Positions 25,888 to 39,178 of a stretch of 64,000 nt of DNA are shown one piece after another. Source of the DNA: Catajapyx aquilonaris (taxonomy: Eukaryota); contig KZ538073.1 of NCBI GenBank assembly GCA_000934665.2, positions 1-64,000 of the forward strand. Direction: 5' to 3'. Under the pieces are notes generated by a model. That model did not search any database. It was not told where the DNA came from and was given only the letters and a program-made list of their open reading frames with translations. The position numbers and the translations under genes were made by a program. The first letter of the stretch is position 1. Each line of letters begins with the position of its first letter.

Positions 25888-27286
25888 GGAATCCCTTTTT
25901 TTGTAACGCCGTCTTTTTTTTTCTAAGTTGATAACAAGCAAGCTTCGTGGTTAACAGGTTGTAAGCAGTTCTTAAAAACACTTTGATGCCTACAGTATTT
26001 TGAGCCTCCTACTAAGGAAACTGTCCAGTCAACTGGATACGCAATGTGTTTTTGTTTCGAGAGAACTTGCCTTATGGAGAAAACAATAAAATTGGTTTAA
26101 CAACTATCAACTTTTTAATTTTCTCCAAAGACCTGCAATAATTACACTCAAAATGGGAGAAAAAAAAGCAGTTTTTAATTGTCACTTGTCAGTACGAGTC
26201 ATTTTTCCCCCCCCATGTCCCGCCTGACACCCTGTTCCAAAAGGACTGAATAGTGCAATGCTCATACATTAAATCTGAACCACAGCATCTCATATGCAAC
26301 TGTACACTCTGTATATCCTTAATGCGTATGTTGCAAGTTTTGTCGCTTGAGGACGTCGTCACCACAGAATCGGTAATAATTATCACTCGTGACCACTTAC
26401 ATTCTATGAGAAAAAAATTTTATCAACAAGTCGATCCCAAATACTGAGAATCGGGGAGTACAACATTGGCCTAATAGTTTAAATCCAAATATGTCATATA
26501 TGCTCTCAGGCAATCATAAATAGAGAATCCACTTTTTTAAATATATTACTAAGCCTTATAAATTAAAAATATTGTACACTGAAAGCCACATGTATCGTTA
26601 TAGAAAAAAAAAAAACTTTTGTTACAAGGGGTGGACAAAATGTCTCTTGGCACAACATTTTAACGTGTTATTTTGTTGCACAACAGGACAGTTGTCTAAA
26701 GGTCGTATTTCTTTTTTCTACAAACTGGCAGTCTTCCACGTAGGAGGATAAATGCATCACGATGTAATCAGCATTATGACATGAATGCTGGCTAGTTTGT
26801 ACCGAATGTAAGCCCGATGCGTCGATTGATTTTGAACATTGCAAGGATATGTCACTGAGATCGTAAATTAACGAGTGGATAGCTCGGCTGAAAATGTCCG
26901 CCGCAACTATCCCCCTTATAATTAATTTAAACCCCTAAAACACGTATCAAATGCAGCGAATCCATATGAAACATTTCCGCAAAGGTAACAACACACTACG
27001 AATGACCATGACCCATAATGAGCGGCGGTCCTGTATTAAATCAATGTGCACAAAATAACGCGGCCAGCAATTTGGTCACCCCTTGTCACATATTGGCAAA
27101 TTCACTGTAGTTACTATTTTAATACTCAAAAAAAGGGGAGCAAAATCAAGAAAATAAAAATCCTGTACAACTTCTGCTAACTACAGAAAAAGAAGAGACT
27201 CGGGGGGGAGGGAAAAAACCAGACTAAATTTGCCCCCCTAACTTCCTTTTTCTCTTCCAAACCCTGTGATATTTTTTTGTTTAGTT

Positions 27287-30200
27287 TTAAAGGTGGTACC
27301 ACTCGGTAGACACTACATTAGCGCTGGATTCGACTGTGTGGGCTATTTCCTCAGGTATGCGGTGCGCTAGCCACATCCTCTGCAACCTGTGGTACCGCTC
27401 GGAGCACAAGTGGAGCGGGTTACCTCTCCTAAGACCCTGGTCTGTCTCGCCATAGTCGTCCAAGTACGGAGGCGACACAAAGCAACCTGCAAGGACCATG
27501 TATTATGATTGTATCGTCATCACTGAAAAATCTCATTATCGAAGAAAGCAGCACTAACCTTTGGTGCGGCCAGCCATAAGAAGTACTTTGCATTCACGAA
27601 CTCGCAGGAATATTCCTACGCCTGCACCGCAATAGTGTGCATGATGCGTACACGCGCCGACCAACTGGCCTTCAAGTTCGTACTGGCAGCAGTAGCTCTG
27701 TTGAAGTGAAACGCATCGGATGAGGAACACGTAAACATTTAGGCTGCGTTTACATGTGAGCGCAGCAATCGCTCACACATAAACGAGGCGCATCTACCTG
27801 TGAACAGAGCATTTCTCCGCAGACTAGGCACATGGTGGGTGTGCGCGAGTCTTCCCCGTCGCTGTTGGGGCAGGTGAAGAGGGATACGTTGTTGATCAGC
27901 TCACTGTAGTCGGCTGGCAGTGTCACAAGCTGGTTAGGCACCACTGGATGCCTCACAACACCCTCCCCTTCCTCTGTCCGAGTCATGTTTCTCACTCGGG
28001 GATGCTCAGCCCACCTTTCCGCCACTCGCCACATCGGCGTACCGAACAGCTCCGTGCACTCCGTTGGCAAACCCAGGTAGCGGCACAGCCCACTGAAGCT
28101 GTCCCCGGTGGTCTCCTGCAATTCCTTTGGGCCTGGGACGCCAGTCAGGAAGTGAAAGAAGAGGGCACAACACCGCAGGAATGGAATGGTGGCCTCGGTT
28201 ATGACCTTCCAGGCCTGGTGGGACTTCAGGTCAGCCGGAGTGGTCAGTCCAGCTGCGTCTCTGACCCTGTGCAGCAAGTCAATCACACATCTGCTCTCCT
28301 CGTCCTCAATGTCCATTGCACCACTCTCAAAGTTGCCTGTCAGCATGGCCTGCACGATATGGCTTGCGAATACTAGGTGCAGGATGTACAGGTCTTGAAC
28401 AGAGCCGCGGGGGACTGGAGGCGGCGCCGAGCTTGAAAATAGGCTTGGAAGGGTCATCAGCAGCGGGATTAGCAATCCGAGGGGATCCCAGTCCAATATG
28501 CAGGTGTCTGTCTGCTGTGGTCCATTGGGAAGCAGCATCGTAAGGAGCTGCAGGGCGTGACTGGCCAGCACCCGAGGCTGCATCCGAGGAAGCTGCACTC
28601 CCCGAGCTTTCTGGCCAAGACGTCCCTGCGACGCTGGGGCTAGCACACCTGCGCAACGTACGACACCCAAGAGGCAGTCTAGCTGCCGGGATGACAAGTG
28701 GCCCAGGAGAGGCTTCCCTTCCTCATGAAGAAGCCACTCGTTGGCATGCAGGGTGTAGCAGCACGACTGCCACGCCATCAGCGGAACACGTTCATCCTCC
28801 ATATGTGGGTTAACACCCAGGCCCATCTTGAAAAGAAAGCCGCCATGTTACTAACAGTGCCCGATATGCATTAGTTCAAGTGTTGATATTACTTACAGTA
28901 TAGGTAGCCTGCGAGTAGAGGTTTAGCATTTCGACAAGGGTGTCGGAAAGCACAGTCGGATTCATCGTGCTGGTAGTGTCGTCCACTGGGAAGAGAACTT
29001 GGAAGCCCTCTGCCCCTTGACGCATCTCCCTCGCTACCTGGGCCAGCGGGCAGGTGTAGAAGCGGATGGCAGGCGGCGAATCACCCTCAGGCTTGCTTCC
29101 TTTACCCTGCTTCTCCTTCCCATCCTCATCCACTTGGGTGCTCTCCGACTGGGGTTGAGTTAGCTGCTTCTACGTTAACGAGAAAGCAAAGATGTCAGCC
29201 TCCATCCAATTACTGCAGTCAAATCACTGTGACGTAAGCGGACCTTGTATTTGAGGCTGATGTGCAGTCCGTCCAACCAGTCTTCAAAGGACAGTCCTTC
29301 AGGCGGGGCGTCATTTGCCTCGCTCAACTGTCCCAGGGGTGGCACAAGGGGCAATACTGTATTGCTCAGACACTCGCAGAGAGGGCACAGATACTCCTGC
29401 TTGTCGATATCGAAGCTCAACGGCTGCCGCAATCTGCGTGCAACGGAAAAGAAAAGAAATTAGGACAAGTCGATTACTTCAAAATTAGCACACGTCGTCA
29501 ACACAATATTTGACCAGGAACTTAGATATCGGATTGGTGATTCCCTGGGAGTTTGGTGATAAGATGAAAGAGACAGTACTGTATCAGACTAGTGAATGTG
29601 ATGTCATGCAGATGGCGACAGCAACTTGCACCTGACCCGATTAGTCAAAGTCTCAACATGGCGGTTGAAGCTGGGAGAAAGCCTGTCACTGCCGTCCTCA
29701 TTGGAGCTGGTAATGCGTTAGTTGGCATACAAATAACCAAGCGCAATTTAGTATTGTCCTCATGATACTTGTGAAATAGGTCACCGTATTGGCAATTGTT
29801 TCAGGCAATCGGGGCACCACGTACGCCTTGTTTGCTCTGGATTGCCCTGACCGCCTGCAGATAGTGAGCGTGGCCGAGCCAAACACAATCCGACGAGATC
29901 GCATTGTCCAGTGGTTCGCCATTCCGCCTGACCGCACTTATGACAGCTGGACCGAGCTGGCGGCTCGAGAAAAGATGGCCGATTGCGCCATCATAACCAC
30001 GCAGGACCAGATGCACCGTGACCCAGCCGTTTCTCTGGCGGAGAAAGGGTATGACATACTGCTGGAGAAGCCAATGGCGGTGAGCGCAGAGGACTGCCGG
30101 CAGATAGCTGCGGCATGCCAGATGGCTGGAGTCATGCTGGCCGTGTGCCACGTAATGCGATACTTCCCTCCAGTGGCCAAAATCAAGGAGATTATCGACT

Positions 30201-33200
30201 CGGGAGTGATTAGAGACGTGGTCAGCATCCAGCACACTGAAAACGTCGGCTTCTGGCATTTCGCACACTCGTTTGTCCGAGGTACGAAGTTACTGTCCGC
30301 TGATAAATCATTCTAATTGAGCTGCCTACATTCGCAGGAAACTGGCGCAAAACTTCAACAAGCACGTTCTCCCTTCTGTCCAAATGCTGCCACGACATGG
30401 ACCTGATCTGCCACTGGATGGGGACAGGCAAGAAGTGCGTCCACGTCACTTCAGTCGGCTCTCTATTTCACTTCAAGAGGGAGAATCAACCGCAGGGGGC
30501 CTCGGACTACTGCCTTTCCTGCCCAGTGGAGCCCACCTGCCCATACTCGGCCAAGAGAATATACCTGACGAATCCAGGGCCCCACTGGCCCATGGCTGTG
30601 GTGCGCGACGTGGAGGACCTTGCTCCAGAGGCGTACCGTACAGCACTGGAGGAAGAGCTGAGAACCGGTCCGTACGGCCGGTGTGTGTACAAGTGTGACA
30701 ATGATGTCAATGATAATCAGGTAAGCTCTCTAGCTGGTCACCACGTGGAAGCCGGTTCTGACAATACATCTTAACAGGTTGTCACAATGCGTTTCTCCGA
30801 CGGCTCCACGGCCAGTCTGACCATGATTGCCTTCACTAAGGAGCTGTGCGAGCGACGCACCAAAGTGTGGGGCACCAAAGGAGAGCTCGAGTGGGACGGA
30901 ACCGCTCAGGGGCCCATTATCCACTACGACTTCCTGTCACGGAGAAAGTTCCTGGTAAATCCCGACCAGGTGGCTCCACCTTCCGCAAGGTGCAGGGGTC
31001 ACGGCGGTGCCGATTACTTCTTGATGGATGCGTTTGTTTCTGCCGTCTCGCACGGAAAGCCTGAATTGATTCGCTCAGGGCCTATAGAGTCTCTTGAGAG
31101 CCACCTTCTGGTGTTTGCTGCTCAAGATGCTCAGAACAGCGGGAGATCAGTCGAAGTTGACGGTGCATCATGGCGAGTATTGTAACCGAGTACCTCATCT
31201 ACACTACCATAAAATGTATTCCTTATCCAAACCGCAATAAATTGGTTCTCGCAAAGACAATGCCTTCTCATTCACACTTCTGACTAGCCAGAGTGTGAAA
31301 AAATGAAGATGGGTTTTCCATTACCCGTGACGTACGTATGGGACAGTCGACTCGGACCATAGCTGCTTACCTGTAAGGTCGTCTTCTCTCCTTAGCTAGC
31401 ACGTTGTCGAAATACTTCTGCCAGCAGTCACTGTGCATAACATGTCCGCAGGTGCTGGTCAATGTCCCGCAGGATAAGTCGGCTGGGAGAAACAAGGGGT
31501 TGCCCCACGCCTTTGCACCGCCTTTCTCCGCCCCGTTGCCTCCGCCATTCCCTGCTCCTCCCTTCACGCCCTTTCCTTCGTCAGCCTGCTCCATCAGCTT
31601 GGTCCGGCTCTTGCAGAGCACCGTAGACCTTTGAACGTATGCAGCCAGGACCAGCGACCGACCCGTGGCACTCACACTCTCGTCTTCTTGGCACAATATG
31701 CATGTATGGCTGAAATGATATGGAACTCGTGACATTCATAGTTGCGCTCTCAACCAGTCGTACTCACCATCGATCTATGACCTGCCTTGGTGTCTGGTTA
31801 GGTCCCAAGGCTACTTGTACCTCGCATCCAACCTCGCTGATGTCCATGGCCGACCCTCCGCCCACGGACGACGTGGCTCCCAGCTCCTTCTCCGTGGCCT
31901 CAAACAGCTTTGCGTTCTCCTTCATAAAAGTCTTCTGCATTGCAGTCATCTGAGCCATTATCTTGGCACGTCTCGCTTCTGCCATCTCTCGCCTCGCTAT
32001 CCTCTCCTTCTGCGGATACAAGTGTGACAATCAACCAGGTAAACATATCGAAAAGTAGTGCTTACTCTGATGGCCTCGTCCTCTTCCTGCAGCTTAGACT
32101 CGGTGGTGTCCATTGGCATCTCAACCCTAGTTTCCTCCACAGCCTTGGCCCTTCCCGCTGACACCTGCCTGTACTTCTTGAGGGTCCAGGTCAGCAGGTC
32201 CTTGCACGAGTCCACTCTCATGCTCCCGACGAGGCTTTCCATCAGAATCACCAGCCCCCATCTTTCCGCCCGTTCCGTGAACACCACAAATTGGGGAGTC
32301 TCCGTCTCTTCCTTCCTTTGCCGCTCCTCCTCGTGCAGGGCATAGCCGATCAGGTGCAAAACCGAGTGAAATTGAACTTCCGAGAAGCTACGAGCACGAA
32401 GGTTGTTCGCCCTGTGTGTATAAAATATGGTTAGCTATGTCGCATGGATTTAGTAAAAGCAAACGATCTCACCTCTCAAGTATGACTTTCATGAGGTACA
32501 GCATAACGTCGCACTGGAGCAAGTTCGCCACCATCTTGAAGGAATCGGTGAAAGGTGGAAGCGGAGGCGGAGGGCAACACTCGAGTTCTCCCGCAGCCTT
32601 CCTCTTCTTCCGTTGAGCTTCCTCGGACTTGGACTGCTCCTCCCGTGTGTAGTGGTAGAAGAACAGGTTGTATTGTGAAGCATACTCCGGCTTCAGTTCG
32701 TACACTCCCTTCCCATTGCCGTGAATGGGCTTCTTGAAAACCGCGACCTCCTCGATAACACGTTCCATCCCTGTCTCATGGTTGGCATCCTCCGGAAGGT
32801 TTTTGTTCAAAGCCGAGTGGGCCATTGGCTCGATACAGAGCAGCTGGATTATCTCCTGCTTTATGCGGTCCACCTCCGTCACCTAGTAAAAATGTCAGAA
32901 AACGCAATCACAATCTGCAGAGGGATCAAAAAACCGATCATTTCGACCAACCTTGCCAACTCCCGGCAACCACCTCTCCCCAACAACTCTGATGAGAAGT
33001 CGCAGCAGCTCCTCCACCAGGGTGACCACCTGCCTCACGCTGTCCTCCTCGGAGCTGCTCTTCAATGAGGAAGTCTCGAAGTCGGCCTGCGCCCAGTTCA
33101 TCAGTCCGAACTTGTTGAGCAGGTGGATCAGGAATTCATTGCTCTCTATGAGGGACGCTCCCATCTGCAGTACCACAATGTCTCTGTCCAGCATCTCAGA

Positions 33201-35691
33201 GCGGCACTTCACGTTATGGTAGAAGTACAGCTGGTTAAGGAGGGAGTAGCCATTGCGCCGCCACATTCCAGCGTGAACCTGCGCCACCATCACCTGTAGA
33301 GGAAATTGTTCATTCAAATGGTCAATTTTTAGAGAGAATCTACTTGAAGCTTGCAGCGAAAGTTTTTCACTTCGCGATCATCCGCTGAAACGTTGCGGAT
33401 TAATGCTTGACATCTGATTTCAAAACTACTGGGCTGACGATACATACCTGAGTCCTGAGCACAGGCTCGATGATCTGCTCAGGCGTGGGTTTGTCGTTCA
33501 CGTGAGCCAATGATTCGAAAGTCAGCTCGTGCTTTTCCAAGTGCAGGTGGAGTCCACCCAGCAGACGGGACAGCGGGAGATGCACCGAGACCGGCTTGGA
33601 CGAGACGTCAAATTCCACGCAGGCAACGGAGTGGTCGGCCAGTTCACGCACGACTCCTGGGCGACTCATTTCAGTCCCGTAGCAGTCATTCAGCTTCTTC
33701 AAGGTGCACCTTCAAGAATCACGGAATTAGACGATGCAATTCACAGTAGTCGTATTATACTAATGCTTTCACTGAGAATCATTTCCCAAAACCGACCAAA
33801 AAGGATCGTACTTATATGCATTCCAGAGGACAGTCTTGTTTGTGCTGCACCATTCAAGCATTAATGAGATGACAGACGCCAGACGTATGTGCAGAGTGAA
33901 TGCGGATTCCCACTCAGGTTCAAATTCCATGTGCTGGCCCACCTGACGCACCACCGAGTCCATTCCCTGGGATCACAACGGAGCGGTTAGTTCTCCAAAC
34001 ATGTTAAAAATCATGCAGTCACATTACCTGCATCCACGACAGCAAGTTCAGCAGCAATGAAAATCCCTGCAGGAATCCCTTCTTGAGTGCAGGATTCCAC
34101 TGATCCGGCTTGGAGCTCAGCAGATACTTGAGGTCGTACAGGACGTACTGTGCCCGCCGGAAGGTATTACCTCCAGATCCGCGGTCAAACTCCATCTTGC
34201 CAGCTTCGTTCCGCTTCCGTTCGCATTCTGACAGGAAGGTCCTAAGCAGATGCGTCAGCACGTCCTCGTCTGATATGAGGTAGTGGGCGAGAGTTGGCAC
34301 AGTGAAAATCTGAACCGACAAAGACGTAACGGAGAAGGAGTGATCGTGGTCGTCGGTGATGAAGTCCTTCATAAGCTCCACGTACTTCTTGGTGAACACC
34401 TTTGCAAATGACTTCTTGCTGTCGTACTCCATAAGCATACCAGTAATGAACAGGTGGTGCCAGTGGTTCCGCACCATCTTCCAGAGCTGCGTGTCGCACA
34501 TAAGTATGCCTTCAAGGATGGACATGTCCTGCGCCTCAGCCTGAAGCATTATTTCCGAGAAGAGAACCCTGAATCCTTCAGAGTGGGCTAGGATCTTCTG
34601 AAGCCAAGCTAGAAGCCTGAGAGCAAACGTCTGATGGGCCAACACGTGGCTGTGGATCACAAGGACCTTCAGAGGCTTGGAGCCGTGTCGAGATGTTTGC
34701 CGTTCGATTATGCTCTTCACCTGACTGCAGTTTTGATAGGTGGAGCACCGTACGAGACTGCGGCCTTCACGGTCAATCATGGTGGCAAAGTCGATTGCAT
34801 CCTTCTGCGTACACTCAATCGCCCGGCACAGCGTGTTGATCACCAGTTCAAACGTGTGGCTCTCATCATTGTACAGAACGGTGCAGTACGTATCATTCAT
34901 GTCATCCAAATCTAACGAACCCTTATCCGAGTCCTTCAGTTGCAAGTCCGACGGCAGTGACATTGTCAGTTCAGTAGTCAGAAGATGGTACGCATACTTC
35001 AGAACGTTAGAAAAAACTGCTCTGGACCTTTCAGCCACGTCGGGCGGAAGCGTCTTTGCCTGCTCTTCACCCGTAGGGCCTGCTAAATGGCGGCTGCAAC
35101 AGTGATCCACTCGCCAGGCCTCGGAATCCCCACAGTCGCAGTACCCACCACCCTAAAATGCAGGGAAAATATATAATGTCGATTCATCATGCCAGCATGG
35201 CAAGCACTTACTTGCGATGTGCTCATCTTGTACCGATGCTGCCTGTGCGGCGAGTTCTTGAAGCAATCCACGCACAACACACACGTCGGATCCATTCCGC
35301 AATCCCTGCAGCTGTATGTCGGCTCTCCCATTTTGAATACACGACCACACAGGGCAGGCGGGTCGCTCATCTGGCTCAGGCTACGAAACACTTCCTGCGG
35401 ATCGCCATTGCAGATGAACCGCTCCAACGGGTCATACATAATGCGCTGGGCCTTCTCCTCATCGTATGTAAGATGGAGGCAATTGCAGTTGGGCTCCGGG
35501 CAATATATGCGGGGCACATGCTGCCTCCAGTACTCCTTAAAGTGGGCACAGGACAGCGTGCCCTTGGCCAGTTTTTCCATCCACACTGGCACAATGTCTG
35601 TGTGTCCGCCACTGGTGCTCACACTACCTGGGATCGGCTCTATACTCATTTCGCCCAAGGGGCTACTGCTGTCGCTGTCAACTTCAGCCAT
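27287..35691 (-). CDS. UBR1: E3 ubiquitin ligase, UBR1/UBR2-type N-recognin, multi-exon
   Basis: UBR box CGRVFKMGEPTYSCRDCGMDPTCVLCVDCF; ClpS-like VLYNDESHTF; MWRRNGYSL; RING CILCQE...CGHVMH.DCW...EYLCPLCE; C-terminal CLVCGEMLCSQ and PYLDDYGETDQGLRRGNPL. A probable non-coding 5' exon ends near 38190. Confidence 0.95.
29658..31185 (+). CDS. Gfo/Idh/MocA-family NAD(P)-dependent oxidoreductase (YteT-like), 439 aa, nested in a UBR1 intron
   Basis: Exons 29658-29709, 29805-30281, 30338-30720 and 30778-31185 (1320 nt, in frame). Motifs IGAGNRG (Rossmann), LLEKPMA, HSFVRGNW, KCCHDMD, GHGGAD. AATAAA at 31236-31241. Confidence 0.93.
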
Positions 35692-36714
35692 GATTCGACT
35701 AATATGCGCAGAAGAAAATCTGTAAGGAAAACAAACATGTTAATAAGCAGCAATATCCGGCATATACACAATTTTCCATGCTATGAACAAGTTTCTGAAT
35801 TTGCATTGCAATTAATTTAAAAAAGTAATTTGTCACATTATGCTGTACAATTCATTTGAAAGCAGCTCTTCGCATTACACTTTTTGCACAATAAATTAAT
35901 TTAAAAGTAATTTTTCGCTTTACACTTTGTACACTTAAAACAGACGCACATTTGTCATATTTACGCTTTTCTTGCAAATAACGACCTGTCGTAGTTTCCT
36001 TACGTAAACTATGACGTACAGTCTGTCAGTGGCTAATTGTTTATGTGTGCATAATGCCACATCCTAACAAATGCTGCTAACAACACAGCTGTTTTTGTGA
36101 CAGAGAGGAAATGACTCACAAAAAATTGATGGCCCCACGTAACCGATTTCAAGCGAAAATAAAAACATCGGGTATGAACACTACAATTCGTGTTACATGA
36201 AGCCAGAAAATTATCAATTTCCTCTTGGTTTCACAACCAGGGAGCGGTTAGACGTTTCATGCCTCACATTTCGCACAGCGGCTCATGAGAATAGCTTTTC
36301 ATGTGCGGAGTGGACTTATTGCGTAACATTTTTTCTATTTACAAAACTTCCACCCCTCCCAAGGTTGTTTTCTGGCAAACACCCACAAAAATCCTTGGAA
36401 TCCCTCATAAACGCATCACGGGAAAGTTTCACAGAAAAAGGTGTCTTACTTTCAATTACACGATGGAAGGTGCCCACTCATCCATCCATTCATTTTTTTT
36501 TTCAACAGTCTTGCATGTGTCTAAAACTAACTGCTCTTGCAACATGTGCAATGTTGTAATGTTTTGAGCAATGAACTAGTTGCAAGCTTCATTTACCACT
36601 GCAATGCTTTTTCGTCCACCATTTAATCTCCACTTGTTTGTAGTGCGCAGTACAGTTAACACTTATTTTAAAAATTTCATTCACACTTTATTAACGGTTG
36701 CTATTTCAATTTAA

Positions 36715-36834
36715 GGCCACGTTTACATATAAGCTATTTAGTGAGCGATGAGCATTGCTGAACAATGAAAGCAATTGTTTTGGACGAAAGGTTGGCCACA
36801 TCGCTGCTCAAATCGCTCATATGTAAATGTGGCC
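36715..36834. mobile_element. PIF/Harbinger (Tourist-like) MITE
   Basis: TIRs GGCCACGTTTACATAT / ATATGTAAATGTGGCC with a TAA TSD on both sides. Confidence 0.75.
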
Positions 36835-37339
36835 TAAGACTTTAAGTTCAAAGCTCAAATGACAAGTGACAACAACACGCAAACCCATTACAAATGCATT
36901 ACATTCCCTCCCATTACTCCTGAAGTAAATTATCCGTGTCTTGACCTCGACACCAATCTGGTTGCTCTGTTGACATGATTCCAAGAAGGTAAGCAACAAG
37001 TCAACAACCTTAACAAAACCCAGGGTTGGCCTAATCTTAGGCATATAAGTCATCCCCCCCCCAAAAAAAATCAACTGTGCACGAGTACATGTCTGGTGAA
37101 GGTCTGTTAGTGAATAAATATGTCGCAAGGCTCTACCCTTGAACCCGGATATCCTGCAAGCCGCATTTTCTTAAAGTACACGGTAGCTCAAGTACCGACT
37201 TACAGACAGCAAACGAATTATCGCGCATTTTCAGTTCAACGCTACTGGATTACCTGCGACGGCATATGTTTTACCTTGGCTATATTGCACTCATTGCAAA
37301 TGCATCTCCCTGGACGTACAGATGTTGTCATATGCACAT

Positions 37340-37860
37340 ACTCTTAGAACGTAAGCCCACATACTGCTAGAACATAACTGACAAGTCGGTGCAAATACTG
37401 CAAGAACATAACCAAGTACACGTACTGTCAGACCATAACCAAGTGCAAGTACTGTCAGAACAGGTAATAATGTAAGTGCATGTAAGTTACTGTTAAATCA
37501 CAACTAAATGCACTTACTGTTAGAATGTAACTAAACGCCACTATTAGAAATGAACTAAGGGCAAGTACCGGTACTGTTAGAACAAACTACGCATATGTAC
37601 TGTAGAAGGTAATAAAGCATAAGTACGATTAGCATAAACATACACCTTTAGAACGTAACCAAATACACCTTTAGAACGTAACCAAATGCACGGTTAGAAC
37701 GTAACGAAATGCACCTTTAGAACGTAACGAAATGCACCTTTAGAACGTAACTAAATGCACCGTTAGAACGTAACTAAATCGCACTGTTAGAACATAACTA
37801 AGCACAAGTACTGTTAGAACATATGCACACATACAGTTAGAACACAACTAAGCGCAAGTG
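37340..37860. repeat. Minisatellite: ~23-bp core units with degenerate ~27-bp flanking units
   Basis: CACCTTTAGAACGTAAC(C/G/T)AAAT(A/G) repeated ~7 times at ~37643-37800; flanking units resemble TACTGTTAGAACATAACTAAG. Confidence 0.85.
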
Positions 37861-39178
37861 CATTAACGCTATCTTACACCGCTGCACACCGCTATACGTA
37901 TTCCAAAGTTCTTCACTGTTACGATGTACCGCCATTAGTGCAGATTGTTACCCAGTTTTCAACCAACAGCCGTCTGTTCCGGTCAAGGTTCCGGTGTTCT
38001 TAGAACCCTCACCATGTACTACACCACCACGGTTCACCAACCTCCCTCAAAAAACTGATCTCCCTCGAACAGGCGAAAAGAACAAAAGAACTTGGCACCC
38101 CCCAACAGCTCACTTGCACAACACTGTACGGAATTAACCATTGCAAAACAACAAACACAGTGTGCTTCCAAAAAAATAGGAACTTGTTACCTTTTTCTTA
38201 TTTTTTGATAAATATATCACTACAACTGTACTGTTGGCCGCACCATTCGTCTATTATAAGGAGAGGGAGGGGAAAACCCTCTATAGTAGAGTTCTATAAG
38301 AAGTAGTGTTCTAGAACGCACAAAGGTGGTGGGTGGGCGGGTGTGGAATAGGAAGGCCAGCTGATTCCTTCTCTTCTCTCTCCCCCACCCTCGTAGCCAG
38401 CCAGCCAGCTCCCCCTATCCTTCCTCGTCACACTGTGGTGTCAACACAGTTTAATTACGCTGCATGCTGATTTTAATCAGGGGTTTGCCCAGGGGTTCAA
38501 ATGGATGCAGAAAATTTGGCCAGTTCTAAAGGTTCATGAGGAGGTCATTGAATTTTCAGTAGGGGAAAGTCCAGGTTTTCATGTGCAAGTTAGAAATTAC
38601 GTTCTGATTCGCCATTGGACGAGAGGGTTGCGAACATGCACGGTTATTGGCTGGAGCTAGTACGGACTGGCACATGTAAATTTATGCACAAAAAATATCA
38701 GGGCGAAAACTGTTATATTAGCTACCACCACTTTAACACACAGTAGATACATTAAATCAACATTTATGGTGCAAAAAAAGATCTAACAACAGCAATAACA
38801 TGGAAATTACGTTTAAAACCATACCGTACAGTACATGCAACGTCACCTAAGCGCACCTAAGTAATTGACACAATACGAAGAGCTATAGCTAATATAGCTA
38901 TTGTGTGCCCTGCTGTTAACGAACAATGATGATGTAAATTAGCACCTTTCAATTTCAGCCACCAGATGGCCGGCACTATTCGGCCATATTTTAAAAAAAT
39001 TTAAACATCGGCATGGAAGTAAATTTTAATTACAATTATAGCGACCAGAGGTAATGTCAATTTTAATGTTGTTTAGAACATAAGGCGCCACCTGTCGGCC
39101 GGTATGTCTCATCATTGGCATTGGTTTTTTTTTTAAATAAGAAAGATCCGTGGGTGTTCGAAAATCGACCGAGCCAAG

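Noticed and set aside
29658..31185. Bacterial contamination or recent HGT of the oxidoreductase
   Set aside because: It has three canonical spliceosomal introns, a poly(A) signal and composition like the neighbouring genes. Ancient HGT cannot be judged without a phylogeny.
35158..35820. 220-aa and 178-aa + strand ORFs
   Set aside because: Antisense shadows of the GC-rich UBR1 first coding exon.
37643..37800. Regular ~23-bp repeats as a CRISPR array
   Set aside because: The units are contiguous with no unique spacers, there are no cas genes, and the context is a eukaryotic intron.
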